From Octopus vulgaris (taxonomy: Eukaryota): a stretch of 64,000 bases of DNA. The position numbers and the translations under genes were made by a program. Below the pieces are notes generated by a model. The model was given only the letters and a program-made list of their open reading frames with translations, made no database searches and was not told the DNA's origin. The stretch lies in the NCBI GenBank assembly GCA_951406725.2, contig OX597814.1, positions 43,772,001-43,836,000 on the forward strand, read 5' to 3'. Below, one piece after another: positions 1 to 12,485 of the stretch (position 1 is its first letter; every line of letters starts with the position of its first letter).

Positions 1-68
1 CACGTCTATGTGTGTGTGTATTATTATGTTCAGAGAATCACTAATTAAATTATAGATTCTGGCAAACT

Positions 69-564
69 CTAAGCTCCATCGTTGAGGAATACAAATTTGG
101 AAAAGCAAGTGTCTTTACCATGGTTGAAGATTCGAAAGACAAGTTGGTCGGATCGGTCAGGTCCAAGCTGAAGATATACAAGAAATAATAAGGTGATGAG
201 GCGACGTGGACCTGAAAGCAAAGCTTTTCGATCAGAAAGAGATTATATAAGTGATGAACACAAATACATTCTACATGGCAGGGAGCAGCAAAGAATGACC
301 AGGAGCATATATGCCATATGGGGTGCGGGAATGGAGCCTTCTGGATAGTACAGATGATTATGAGGGCTCAGCAGATCTACAAAACAACCAGACATGATCT
401 GCAAGAGTGGCCTGAAGCCAGATATTATATTCCATTCTAGTTCACCAATGGAACTGATTTTGATTGAAATCAACGTGCCGTTCTCAAATATATTAGAAGA
501 AGCACATATGTTCGAAACAGAAAAATACACCAGTTATGAAAACGTAAAATCCAATTTTACCTGA
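69..564 (+). mobile_element. Degenerate RLE-type non-LTR retrotransposon (HERO-like) 3' fragment, internally deleted
   Basis: Manual translation: 69-185 LSSIVEEYKFGKASVFTMVEDSKDKLV; 394-564 MICKSGLKPDIIFHSSSPMELILIEINVPFSNILEEAHMFETEKY. The latter matches the PD-(D/E)xK restriction-like endonuclease motif (RPDI...LIELTVP..E.AH..K..KY). Stops lie between the blocks. Confidence 0.7.
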
Positions 565-710
565 CTGGGTAATAGGTTTGAACTTGTTAACAAGACAACT
601 ATTGATATTGCATAAAGGTATAAAGATTATAAGAATAATAGATTCAAGGGCACATTTATTCATTGTACCAAATTAACAAATTCAATTTCGTTTAGATTAA
701 TTAATCTACA

Positions 711-910
711 TACTCTTTTATACTCTTTTACTTGTTTCAGTCATTTGACAGCGGCCATGCTGGAGCACCGCGTTTAATCGAGCAACTCGATCCCGGGTAT
801 TATTCTTTTGTAAGCCCAGTACTTATTCTATCGGTCTCTTTTGCCGAACCGCTAAGTAACGGGGACATAAACACACCGGCATCGGTTGTCAAGCAATGCT
901 AGGGGGACAA

Positions 911-941
<31 letters not shown>

Positions 942-1110
942 TATATACGACGGGCTTCTTTCAGTTTCCGTCTACCAAATCCACTCACAGGAATTTGGTC
1001 GGCCCGAGGCTATAGTAGAAGACACTTGCCCAAGGTGCCACGCAGTGGGACTGAACCCGGAACCATGTGGTTGGTTAACAAGCTACTTACCACACAGCCA
1101 CTCCTGCGCC
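711..1110 (-). mobile_element. tRNA-derived SINE, family A (CORE-like, internal TA/CA microsatellite), full length
   Basis: Minus strand reads GGCGCAGGAGTGGCTGTGTGG (A box)...GGTTCAGTCCC (B box)...ACCTTGGGCAAGTG (CORE-like), then a microsatellite and an (AAAAGAGTA)-type tail. It is nearly identical to the copy at 25010-25433. Confidence 0.9.
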
Positions 1111-1905
1111 TACAGCATAGAATTTTATTATAAAAGTATTAATATGAAAACCATGTGCACATGGATCGAGTAACAAATAAATGATCGTGTTGACTAAATA
1201 ATTTTGTAATAGTTTTCTATTACATTTAAACATCAGGTATATAATATCATTAATAACATGTGCTTTAATAATACCTGCTACCTCTGAAAGTCGATGGTCT
1301 TTGCATTTTTAAAATGTCTCTTTGAGTCAAATGTTGATGTTTGTTATTCAAATACAAATTCGTTCCTTTAATATATCTTACATCATGACAATCGGTAAAA
1401 CGTAAATGGCAACGTTATAATTATGAAAAATTAAAATAAACTTGGTTTTATTCCAGTATTTCGCTGTATTAAGTAATATTTTCATGAGATTGGTTTAATT
1501 GCCTTGGAAGTGCGTTATGTGTGAGCTTCAGCTTGTGTGTGTTTGTTTGCACTTAAACTATAAACATCAAGCAGCAAGTAAAACATAGATGCTTCCATAA
1601 GTATGTAAACAGTTACGTAATTCTGCTAGACTCCAGTCTCTACCAACTATGCAGTTCTAAATCAATATATTTCAGACTATTATTTATAGATACACTCGCT
1701 TGCAAGCACAATGTTATACGATTTCTACGTGCATAATATATATATATATTTGTGCGCGGGGGCGCGTATGTGTACAGGAGCAATCGTGACTATATGTGAA
1801 CAAGCTTGCTAGGCGCATATTCCCCGTTTAACCCCATTACGTTGCAACTTAGATGAGTGTTTTCTACTCTAGCATCAAGTCGGCCAAAGACGACCTGGTA
1901 GGCAG

Positions 1906-1949
<44 letters not shown>

Positions 1950-2537
1950 TCAAAATGGCTGAAGATTAGCAACACACTTCAAACTAGGATCACCACTGAA
2001 TTTGAATCAATTTGTTTTGTTCTATACATGACATTAAAAGCATATAATAAATGTACAACAAACGGGAAGCAGACACAGAAGGTTAGCAAATCCGCATCAG
2101 TTGTTGGCCTGAGGCTCGAACACAATTTCACTCCTTCATCGATAATATTGACTCAATCTGGTGGTGTTGGAGGCCAGAAGACTCTGGGATATTGGTAGCC
2201 AAACATGGGACCAGCCAAACATGACGGAAAATTAAACCCGTAAGAAATAAACTGCTATGCAATGAAGAAAGTGAACATATATGTATGACATAAGTGTAAT
2301 TCAAGGCAAGACACACTTCGAGGACGTATTAGGGGTAAAAACGAAAACAAAACAATACGAAAAATGTGAACATGCGAATGAATAAAAGGAAATAAACTGA
2401 TACAGCCTTATGGTCAGGCAGGTGACAAAAATATGGTTGGCATTAACCACCGAGGAACTTTAATTTGAAGCAAAACTAGACTATAATATTTACATTATTT
2501 ACATTAGACAGATATTTGTCCTCATCTTGTTTGTTGT

Positions 2538-2570
2538 TTATACAACGCTTCGGTGTCTTCATCAGGTGTC
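2538..2570 (-). ncRNA. Degenerate minimal hammerhead ribozyme motif in a short repeat
   Basis: Minus strand: gacac CTGATGA agacacc GAAG cgtt gtata. The core is present, but stem II is collapsed and GAAA is mutated. Confidence 0.4.
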
Positions 2571-2809
2571 TTGTGGAAATTTCGAACCTGGGTTCTAATA
2601 ATTCTCCCTGTCAGTGTATAAACATGTGCTTCCTGCATCTATAAGGGATTTTAGAGCCCTTATTTCTAGTAATGCAGTCTACGCTGCACCATCAGTCACA
2701 AATAAATGAGAAATGGATTTTTCCTTCTTGGTTTTATATTGCGTATAGCCGACTTCGATATTTTATATTCATGTGTGTGCGTGTTTGTGTAAGTGTGCAT
2801 GCTTGTTTG

Positions 2810-3020
2810 TGAGTGTGTTTGTCTGTCTCTGTTTGTTCCCCATCACGGCTTGACAGCTGACACTGGTGTGATTCAACTCCTGTAACTTAGGTGTTCGGCC
2901 AAAGAGACCGAAAGAATTAGTACAAGGTTGAAATATATAAGTAGTGGATTAGATTCATTCTACCGAAATTATGGAAGGCGGCGCCGCAGAATGACTGTAT
3001 TCTAATGACTGAAACAACGG
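2810..3020 (+). mobile_element. SINE family A, degenerate 3' half
   Basis: gcttgacagctgacactggtgtg...gttcggccaaagagaccga...atgactgaaacaa aligns by eye to the 3' half of 25010-25433. Confidence 0.7.
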
Positions 3021-3114
3021 TAAGTGTAAAAGTTCTATAAAAGTGTGTTTGTGTTAGTGTGTGTGTGTGTGTGTGTGTCTGTGTGCGCGCGTGTGTGCGT
3101 CTGCGCATGTTTGT

Positions 3115-3115
<1 letters not shown>

Positions 3116-3172
<57 letters not shown>
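3116..3172. repeat. (GATA)n microsatellite
   Basis: Direct reading of the sequence. Confidence 0.95.
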
Positions 3173-3173
<1 letters not shown>

Positions 3174-4192
3174 AGAGAGATATTATGTTATGTAAACAAG
3201 AGCATTAATATGTCAAGTCAATCGTACAAAAGCGTTCATTCATATTGAACGGTTGTGTGCGATTCAGTTGACATTCAATTGCATTCATCAATGAGTAAAA
3301 AAACAATGAAAACAAAATTTTTTAGAGCTGTCGGTTGCCTCCGATTGCTTTTGTGTTCAATAACGTCGAGACACTTTCGTCATTTATTATGTGCTGCCTT
3401 CGTTTTGAAGTTAATCAACGTGATTCTACACATAGGATGACATGGTGAGATGAGATGCTATATTTTGTACACGACTGGAGTGAATTGGTAGAGTATGTAG
3501 ATGAATTCTGTGTAGTACAAATATTCAAAAATACTTAATATTATGGATAAACCTCGAGCATTTTTTCTCTAATTGCGCAATCGCAATACTTGTTTTATTT
3601 TATATTTTTCTTTATCCTTCCAATATATTTTGCAGTAATCCTGTTCTATTGATCTCCGCTATTTCAAAAAGTATTTTCAGGAATTTCCATGCATTAGTAA
3701 CATGTGTTATTAGAAGACTAGTTGGCATAACATACCGTGTTCACCCTAGGCATTGTCTTTTCAGGGATAAGAGTCTATAAAATGAAAAATGCATACGTAA
3801 CTTATTATTGTTATGATGAAGGACACAGATTAACTCCAACTTTGCTTCATATGATGCTATACACGCAATTGAAACTACAACAGACAATTCTCCTAAGTAG
3901 TTCATATTAAACAGCAGCTGTAATTGGTAGTCGCTCGTAAATTGCTTGCAAGTACAATGAAATATATTACACTGCTTTACCACGTTGACATTGTATAGCG
4001 GACAGAAAGATGAACGTCGATAGTATAGAATGTTGTTAGACATTAATGGCCGACAATTATAATGAATCTTCAAACATTATTCATATATTTACTGTTCCTA
4101 TTATTTACCATTAGGATTGTCTGGTTATATAGTTAAATAGTTATATACAAAAAGATCGCAGGCATACACACAAAGAAACACACACACACACC

Positions 4193-4231
<39 letters not shown>

Positions 4232-4590
4232 GATGTTGAAAATGCACTGAGAATATTTTTTAAATGTTATCATATTTAAAGATTTAACCGGTTTCACAAT
4301 TTACACTGATTTATAAAATTTGAGATAGAAAGACGAGGATTAGGTCACGACTGTCTTGATTCTGACGAGTGTTTGAAGCTTTTCCTACTTTTATAGGGAG
4401 TACATACCTCAAATTAGTATGATCAGCCCATTGATCTATTTTTTTTTAGGCACTAGTACTACACTGGAGATTTTCTTCATGTCTTCATACAACTTCTCAA
4501 GACCAATATCATTATATTCGAATAAGTGAAAGAGAAGGTGAATTAATGCCCAAAAATGACAGTGATGATAGAAGGGAGAAAAGTTGACTG

Positions 4591-4677
4591 TGGCAGCCAA
4601 AGGGAAGCCTTACAGCAGAAATGGAGTCTCTAATTGTAGCTGCATTAGAACAAAACGTTAGACTAAATTTGATCCAT
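4591..4677 (+). pseudogene. R4/Dong-like LINE ORF fragment (post-RT region)
   Basis: Translates WQPKGSLTAEMESLIVAALEQNVRLNLIH, resembling the W..G.L..E.E..I.AAQ(D/E)Q...TN motif of R4/Dong elements. Confidence 0.6.
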
Positions 4678-4712
4678 GGTTCCATCCATTCATTCAAATA
4701 TACATAGATATA

Positions 4713-5189
4713 TGTGGTTGTGTGGCAAGAGTGGAGGCGCAATAGCCCAGTGGTTAGGACAGCGGACTCGCGGTCGTAGGATCGTGGTTTCGATTCCCAG
4801 ACCGTGCGTTGTGAGTGTTTATTGAGCGAAAACACCTAAAGCTCCACGAGACTCCGACAGGGATGGCTGTGATCCCTGCTGTACTCTCTCACTCTTACTT
4901 TCTGTTTCTGTTGTGCCTGTATTTCAAAGGGCCGGCCTTGTCACTCTCTGTGTCACGCTGAATATTCCCGAGAACTACGTTAAGGGTACACGTTAATTTC
5001 ACGAGCAGGCTGTTCCGTTGATCGGATCAACCGGAACCCTCGTCGTCGTAACCGACGGAGTGCTTCCCATCCCATGTTTGGCAAGAAGCTTGCTTCCCAA
5101 ACGCATGGTTCAGGCTTTGGGAAGGTGGCTTCTACTATAGCCTCGGACCGTCTGGTACATGGAAACTGAAAGAACTCCGTCGTATATAC

Positions 5190-5270
<81 letters not shown>

Positions 5271-5460
5271 TGTGTGTGTGCGTGTCTGTTTGTCCCTCTG
5301 ATGTTGGTGTGTTTACGTCCATGTATCTTAGCGGTGTGACAAAAGAAACGAGAGAATAAGTACTACGTTTACAAAAAATAAGACTTGGGCATGCTATTCG
5401 ACTAAACGTGGCGCTGAAGCATGCTGGCAGTCAAATGACTGTAAAAAGGAAAAATATAAA
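4713..5460 (+). mobile_element. Degenerate SINE family A interrupted in its A box by a family B SINE
   Basis: The head gtggttgtgtggcaaga resumes at 5081 as gcaagaagcttgcttccc...ctactatagcctcgg...ggaaactgaaagaa, followed by a microsatellite and a ...cagtcaaatgactg tail. Confidence 0.8.
4731..5074 (+). mobile_element. tRNA-derived SINE, family B, nested insertion with TSD
   Basis: GTGGAGGCGCAATAGCCCAGTGG (A box)...GGTTTCGATTCCC (B box); homologous to 46968-47355. Flanked by tgtgtggcaaga (4719-4730) and tgtttggcaaga (5075-5086). Confidence 0.9.
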
Positions 5461-5485
5461 GGAATATATACATATACACTCACAG

Positions 5486-5542
<57 letters not shown>

Positions 5543-5619
5543 GTGTTTGTGTGTGTGCATATATATAAATGCACCGGGATTTGTTAACGTTTTTATTTTT
5601 ATATTTTTGAAGACTTCAC

Positions 5620-5745
5620 TAGAGTGGACTGAAGCACCGAGAAATAATGTGTCTTGCTCAAGATCACAAAGTGTTGACAGGAATTGAACTTACGTCCTTG
5701 TGATCGCGAACCAAATACCATAAATACTAATCCGCGCGCCTTCAC
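5620..5745 (-). mobile_element. Degenerate tRNA/CORE SINE head
   Basis: Minus strand: gtgaaggcgcgcgg...agttcaattcc...tcttgagcaagacac, similar to the head of 39065-39385. Confidence 0.6.
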
Positions 5746-5780
5746 GCGCCTTTTTTATAGAGAGAATTTAGATAAATATT

Positions 5781-7090
5781 TACTATTCCTGGACATTCTA
5801 ATCATCAAAACAGACGAAAACATTGTAACAGACATTATATTACCAACCAACACATTCTAAGCAATACCTATTGTCTTCCTCATCTAATCCCAAACACACA
5901 AAAGTAATATTCCTTTTAATCTATCAAGTAGAATCTTCACAACTGTTTCAAAAATAATAAAAGACTACAGGAATTAAAACAAATACTAGTCGAGAGAAAA
6001 TATCCGTCAATATCCATAGTCACCAGAATAGATCGTGTCAAAGCAATAGACATTTCAGAATTGTGTAAAACAAAGAAAAAATAACACTTCAAATAAACCC
6101 CCATACTCTACCCTTTATTACATCACACAACTGAAAAAAATCGCAGACGTTGACATTATCCACCAAATAATTCCACTACTGAGACAAGACCCATGAATGA
6201 AACAATCACTCGAATACACAAAATAATTAAAATCACAAGACACTCAAAATCCTTCAGGAAACTACTGACTAGTGTTAAATTAATCTCCAAAGACTCCACC
6301 TCATAAGTCAAAAAGTGTGGCCACCCAAACTAAGGGATTTGCATCAACCTCATTAAAGATACTCTTTTATTTGTTTCAGTCATTTGACTGCGGCCATGCT
6401 GGAGCACAGCATTTAGTCGACCCCAGGACTTATTCTTTGCAAGCCTAGTACTTATTCTATCGGTCTCTTTTGCCGAACCGCTAATTTACAGGGACGTAAA
6501 CACACCACCATCAGTTGTCAAGCGATGTTGGGGACACAAACATATACACACACATACATATATACGACAGGCTTCTTACAGTTTCCATCTAGCAACGATT
6601 TGGTCGGCCCCCTAGGCTATAGTAGAAGACACTTGCCCAAGGTACCATGCAGTGGGAATGTACCCGGAACCATGTGGTTGGTAAGCAAGCTACTTACCAC
6701 ACAGCCTACTTACACTCTTCACTTACACTCCTGCGCCTATAGATAATAAATATAAATATAAAGATAATGCATATAAATTTAAACCAGGATATATTTTTAC
6801 CATAAGTCATCTTCCTTGTGTGTCAAAAAATTTAATATATGCTATTAAATGTAAAAATTGTAAAGTGGATTACATAGGCCAAGTGATACTCTCGCTTAGA
6901 AACAGACACAAAATACAGGATCCCAGCACTACACATATACCACTACGTAGAAACATCGTCATATGTGCAGAAATAAGACGCCCAAATTCCAAGTTTTCCA
7001 CTTAACTTTTGTTCAGTCAATACCGGAGACCAAGGTCGTATAAACAATGAAAATATATTCATACACAAACGGAAATCAAGACTGAATAAA
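5781..7090 (+). mobile_element. Penelope-like element relic (Neptune-like): RT thumb, Cys-rich linker, GIY-YIG endonuclease
   Basis: Frameshifted blocks: LFLDILIIK..IVTDI, HSKQYLLSSSSNPKHTK, NIPFNLSSRIFTTVS, RLQELKQILVERKYP. Linker KCGHPN*GICINL at ~6312; CVSKNLIYAIKCKNCKVDYIGQ at ~6817; terminal NENIFIHKRKSRLN. Interrupted by a SINE at 6361-6740. Confidence 0.85.
6361..6740 (-). mobile_element. SINE family A inserted into the PLE
   Basis: Homologous over its whole length to 711-1110. Confidence 0.9.
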
Positions 7091-7373
7091 CTTCAACAAT
7101 GTACAGTCATGAACAACTATTCACACACAAACTCACTCTCCTGCTTAACATGTTGAATTTATACAGCTAACAACCTAAATTTGGACACATTCATGACTGC
7201 TAATTGGCAGATTCTACATATACATGCATGTTGACTGGTTACAAAAAACACATTTAATAGCTAAATTTGATACCTGGGTACAAGCACAAACCACAACTAT
7301 TCAAACACTTTTTAAAATTAAACAGTAAAAGAATCTAAATAAATATTCATACTCGTGTGGAACAAAAGAGGCT

Positions 7374-7415
<42 letters not shown>

Positions 7416-7719
7416 TCTGAATACAAAAAATAGTGTAGTGTATATTTAAACACAAGAGAAAAACTACATTTGACAGGTAATATTTACACGCTAGAAGAAG
7501 CAGTAAAAACTACCAAAACCACATTTAAGAGCAATTTCCGAAGGGAATGAAAAATATAAAGTTTTACCTTGTTATTTTTTTACGGTTATACCTTTAGCAA
7601 ATAAAATAATTTGCAATGCGAATCCTCATCAGTAACCGTGCCATAACGGTAACATATAATTTAGAAACAAATAACATATGTCTCATCATTATATGTTATA
7701 TTTTTCCAAAATTCACCGC

Positions 7720-8940
7720 GCAATCACAGTTTCAGGCCTTTTGTATCTACACCATACTTCTTACTATCATTTTCTAATTTCTATTCATTCTTAAGTTGTC
7801 AATTTCTTTTCCTGATAAGTATTGACACTTCACACTTCAAGGCGTATATATCTTTAGAAATTCTCCTTTACCGCCTTGGTTGTTTATTTCCTATTCTATC
7901 CGTCGATGTTCTATTCTCAGTAGTTCTCAATCCCATCCTTACCGCCACAATCCTAATGGCAGTCTAGATAAGATTATTTGTTTGTGTGATGTTCTTTGTT
8001 TCAATGTGTCTCAGTATATTATTGACTTCACTCGTCTCTTGATTTCGTCTCCATTGGTTAGCCTTCTTAAAGTTGCACATCAATTCTATCCCTTCTGTAT
8101 TTAATAGATACAACATTCTGTCTATTATTAATTGGTCTTCTTTGTTTGAGTGGTCACTGATCTCAATTCTTTCACAATTAACGGTATTCTATTGTTGCGA
8201 CAATTGTCCATCTCTTCCACTATTCCAATTCCCTTTCTCGCATGCCCTGCCTCATCCGATATCCTTCTTTTAATAGCTTCTATTTCCAATTCTGTTACCC
8301 ATTCATATTATCATATTGCTCTTGCTTTGTCACATAATCTCTCTTCAGTAATTTTGCCTTCCATTCACTGTGCATTCATTTACTGTACCCTCTGACAGGC
8401 ACATCATTCGCATCCACTGGGGTGATCCTGTAGTAACATTCTATATCCATCATGTTTACTTATTTATTCCACTTATGTCTTGTAGCATGGCTAGTAGGTG
8501 CTGGATTACGACTAGGTCCACCCACCTGCACAGTGGAGCACCTGCTGAGTGCAGCATCTTCCCCATTGGTTCCAGTTCCTTTCACACCGTTATCGTCATC
8601 TATTTTGTTTTGCATTTTCACTCACAAATGAGGTGTGTTTTTAGATTACTACCAACCGGTATTTATATCGAGACCCCATCTCTAATCAATGTAGTCTGCC
8701 AAGGCGGCTAGGGCCTTGCTCCCCTAGATTTGAACTCAAATCTCTCCTTCTCTAAGGCTGCTTGCCATCCAAGGCTAACGAGCACAGCCTACCAGGAACA
8801 CTGGTTATTTGAAGGCACCAGATACTCGCATTTTCCCACCCTTCTACTGTAGGTTTGGCGAAGGAGTTGGGCATGCGCAGGTCACTGGGGTATTTTATAA
8901 GTGAAGGGTGCTCCACTCCCCTCACCACCCTTGACAGAAA
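7720..8940 (-). mobile_element. R4/Dong-like LINE, 5' UTR and N-terminal ORF relic
   Basis: Minus translation: RHKWNK*VNMMDIECYYRITPVDANDVPVRGY, ITEERLCDKARAI, EWVTELEIEAIKRRI, VNNILRHIETKNITQTNNLI, typical of R4/Dong N-termini. The GC-richer upstream segment 8690-8940 has the gctcgttagccttgg..ggcaa..agaagga motif seen in LINE 5' UTRs. Confidence 0.75.
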
Positions 8941-9458
8941 GTAAAAAAAACATATAAAAAGCATAAATTGTAAAAAATAAATAAATATTTTTTTTTGTAT
9001 TTTTAAATTAAATAAATAAAATATTAAAAAATAAAATGAAATAGATAAAATGAAAATAAATTAAAAACAAAGCTAGTGGAAGATAGATATATATATATAG
9101 AGAGAGGAGGGGAGGAGTGAAAAACTAGATAAAAGGAAAAGAAAAGATAAACTAGAAAGGGGAAGAAACTATTTAACACAAGTTCAGTTTAATACTTTCA
9201 TATTGAAAGGGAGAGTAGGAAGACTGCTTAGGAATGGTTGTAAACACGGAAGTGAAGTAGGTAGATATTGAGCATCAGGAAAGATGGAAAGAGTGCATTA
9301 ATGCCCACCTTGAAATTAAATATTTAACCAAAGGAGGAAGAAGAAGCGTCAATCTGAATCTAACGAAAAATTAGCTCACTGTTTGAATTGGTTTGTCAAA
9401 GTGTGATTTCGGCTGAAGAATTTTACGATGTCAATCTTCAAAAGTAATGAAGAAAGTC

Positions 9459-9489
<31 letters not shown>

Positions 9490-11059
9490 GATATAGAAAG
9501 AGTGGTGGTAAAAAGACAGAGGGACAAAGAGAGATCGAGGAGGAGAGAGAAAGAGGGGTTAAGTACATGTGCTTTCAACAATAGGTTCAGCATTGTAGCA
9601 GTCGCGGTTTCAAATAGCTAACTTTCATATGACTATGAATGAATAAAAGTGTAAGTTTTAGGAATTTAAGCTTTAAACAAGGAAGGAGGTGCGTTTTAAG
9701 TTAATCTGAATATAACGAGAAATATTAGCTTACTGTTTGAATTGGTCTGTGAAAGTAAAATGTAATCAATTTTCATTGTTTAATGGGTGCTGATATATTA
9801 CTATAAAACAACTTCTACTTTCATATGATCAAGAATTTTAGAATATAGTATCACTTCAGGCTATAGATGAACAGTGAAATATAGATTTAAGAGAAGTGGT
9901 AACATAGAGATATCTACTGAATAGTTACTTCAGTCGTGTGGCTAAAAATATGATAACTGTATAGTCTGTACCAGAAGGGACATTTGGAGACATTTTTACA
10001 CAAACCTTACTGCAAAGTGTTCCTTTTTATTCAATAAATCATATTATGAGAATCATAACCCACCAAATTAGAATTCAAAAGGTGAAAATAATGCTAATAA
10101 AACATTAAATTTGGAACTGTTTCGCAATTGAGGAAACATCCAGGAATGCTGCAGACCAAGCCATATCAAGTACAATAGGCAACTACCGTTATGTCTAAAC
10201 AGACAATGTTAGTTGCATATTTACCAAGATTTAAACTCGAAATCAAGACACGTGAGTCTTTTAATCATACCATTGGCCGGAAACATATGAAGGGATAATG
10301 CAACGCTATGTGTGGGCTACACGTTTAATTCTTGTTTAATTTTACTACATACTGCAGAAATGTTTATAGGAGTGTTAGAGTCAATCCACAAAGTAATGTG
10401 CTTGTATGTATATTACAAATTCAAACGGGAGAATATTATCTTTCAAAACTAGTAAATGACAAACTCTATACTAAAAAGAAACTACTCTGCCGTTTGCAAC
10501 CTTTTGAAACACACGCAGTTTATGATGGAACTTTTTTTTCTAAACTGGCAAAATCAATATGATATCCCAGCTCTAAGTTACTCATCCTTACCGTATTCCT
10601 CTCCCACTGACTAAACGACTCGACGCTATTGATCAAATAAGCTGTTTGCCAATAAAAAAAATCAGCTTAATCGCTGTCTTCAAGTCGGCATTTACTCTCT
10701 TTAGATATAGAAAACAAATAGGAACCTTTGTTCTATATTGTATGAAGTAGTAGCTTCTCAATGGCTTACAGCCGCGATTAAAATATCAAGTGGAAATATT
10801 AGAAATAGAATTTCACAAGCACTTAGCTTCCTCAGAAGCCAAACGGTTTGACATGATGATTATTCTAATGACTTAAATGCCAACAGTTTATGAGGTTATA
10901 TACATATATATATATGTATATGTATGTATATATATAAACATATATACATATATATATGTGTGTGTACGTGTGTTTGTGTATAAATAGATAGAGAGATATA
11001 TACACACATATCTATCTATATGTCTATAAGTATACACACACACATACATATATACATAC

Positions 11060-11110
<51 letters not shown>

Positions 11111-11284
11111 TATTATTATATATATATATATTTAGAGTGTTTTGGAAATTTCTTGATACAGTTATAATGTTTGGAGAGAAGTCTTTTTTTTTTCTCAAAG
11201 AGTTAAGATTGAGAAAAGAACCTTTTCGGAAAGTCGAATGACACTAACCTTTGGGATGAGATTTCACACAATGTGTGGTGTTTG

Positions 11285-11324
<40 letters not shown>

Positions 11325-11367
11325 TTTTTGTTTTTTTTATTCCTAAAATATTCCTTAATATTTTTCA

Positions 11368-11417
11368 TTGGCTGAAGAATGTTCTATATCTGCTTTTAAT
11401 AGAAACCCAGGTACCAG
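11368..11417 (+). ncRNA. Type I hammerhead ribozyme motif (stem II weak)
   Basis: ttgg CTGAAGA ... GAAA cccagg TA ccag. Stem I is ttgg/ccag, stem III is the near-palindromic ACCCAGGT and the cleavage triplet is GUA. It lies beside a (TA)n tract. Confidence 0.55.
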
Positions 11418-11473
11418 ACCTACTAGAAGTACGTCCGTGTCCCTCGTATACAGTATATAACATATTTGTCATT

Positions 11474-11620
11474 TGTTCAAATTCCGCCGTGGTTGACTTT
11501 GCCTTTCGTTCTATCGGAGTCGATAAATTAAGTACCACTTTCGTACTGGGGTCGATCTAATCGACTGCCCCCCCACCCTCCTCCAACATTTTGTGCCTTG
11601 TGTCTAGAGTAGAAAAGAAT
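11474..11620 (+). mobile_element. SINE family E fragment (other relics ~33990-34140, 46680-46890, 48690-48770)
   Basis: gttcaaattccgcc..gttgactttgcctttc..ggagtcgataaa..agtacca..tggggtcgat..tgtgcctagagtagaaaagaat recurs in the window. Confidence 0.7.
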
Positions 11621-12441
11621 ATATTTATCATTTTTAATGGGCCTATTATGTATTAATATAATAGCTCTAATCTATGCGTTTATTTTTAATGATTATAATG
11701 ATTAATGACATCAATAACAGTCGTAGCGATATAATAATGTTTAGGAAATTTTAACGACGAATTTGCATCTCTGAGCATTAATGCAATTCACTATTATATT
11801 ACACTGATTTCCTTGACTACGTCCAATACTGATTAATAGTTGCTCTTATTTTTATCTATTTTTTTAGTAACTCGTGATATCTTTCACTAAGAAAGTCATA
11901 TTTGTAGTTCGTTCAACGAACGTTTATGACCCACAAATTGAATGATTCTCATATATTATTAATCGGAACTCTTAATGGCAAGATTCAGTTCCAGATGCGT
12001 ATGTTAAGTTATATCTACTCGGGTTTCTATATGTATAGGCATCTTGTGTTTGCTGGTGATGTACACTCATCTACAGTATATGAGAGACTAACATTATTGA
12101 TACTGTTGCAATTCCTCAGCAAATTTTATTCATTCGGAGAAATATTCTGAGACAGTTAATGCCATCTCGACAGTTATTAATAAGTGTAGGATTTTCAAGA
12201 AAACTAAACAAGAGTTTCTGATCGAAGTGGATATATTTTGAGTATGTTACTACAGTCTTAATAGTAATTCCAGTGTAATCCTATTACAGACTTTGATATT
12301 GAAGGAAATGGATTTTATATTTTTGTTATATTTCGGAATGGTCATTTTGCCAGTTTAACCAATAAAAACACACGCACTATATATTTGGTGTTATTTTGCT
12401 TCAGTGATATTTATTTTTTACATTAATCTTAATCTTATTTC

Positions 12442-12485
12442 GGCCAGAGTTCTTTCGTCACACTCCTGTGACTGCATCAGTGGTC
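12442..12485 (-). ncRNA. Minimal type I hammerhead ribozyme motif (one core substitution)
   Basis: Minus strand: gacca CTGATGC a gtcac aggagt gtgac GAAA gaac TC tggcc. Stem II gtcac/gtgac is perfect and stem I is gacca/tggcc. Confidence 0.7.

Noticed and set aside
4365-4400. CTGACGA hammerhead core
   Set aside because: No stem II or GAAA half follows.
8690-8940. HDV-like ribozyme in the R4/Dong 5' UTR
   Set aside because: Plausible from known R2/R4/RTE biology, but I could not build a convincing P1/P1.1/P2/P3 fold by eye.
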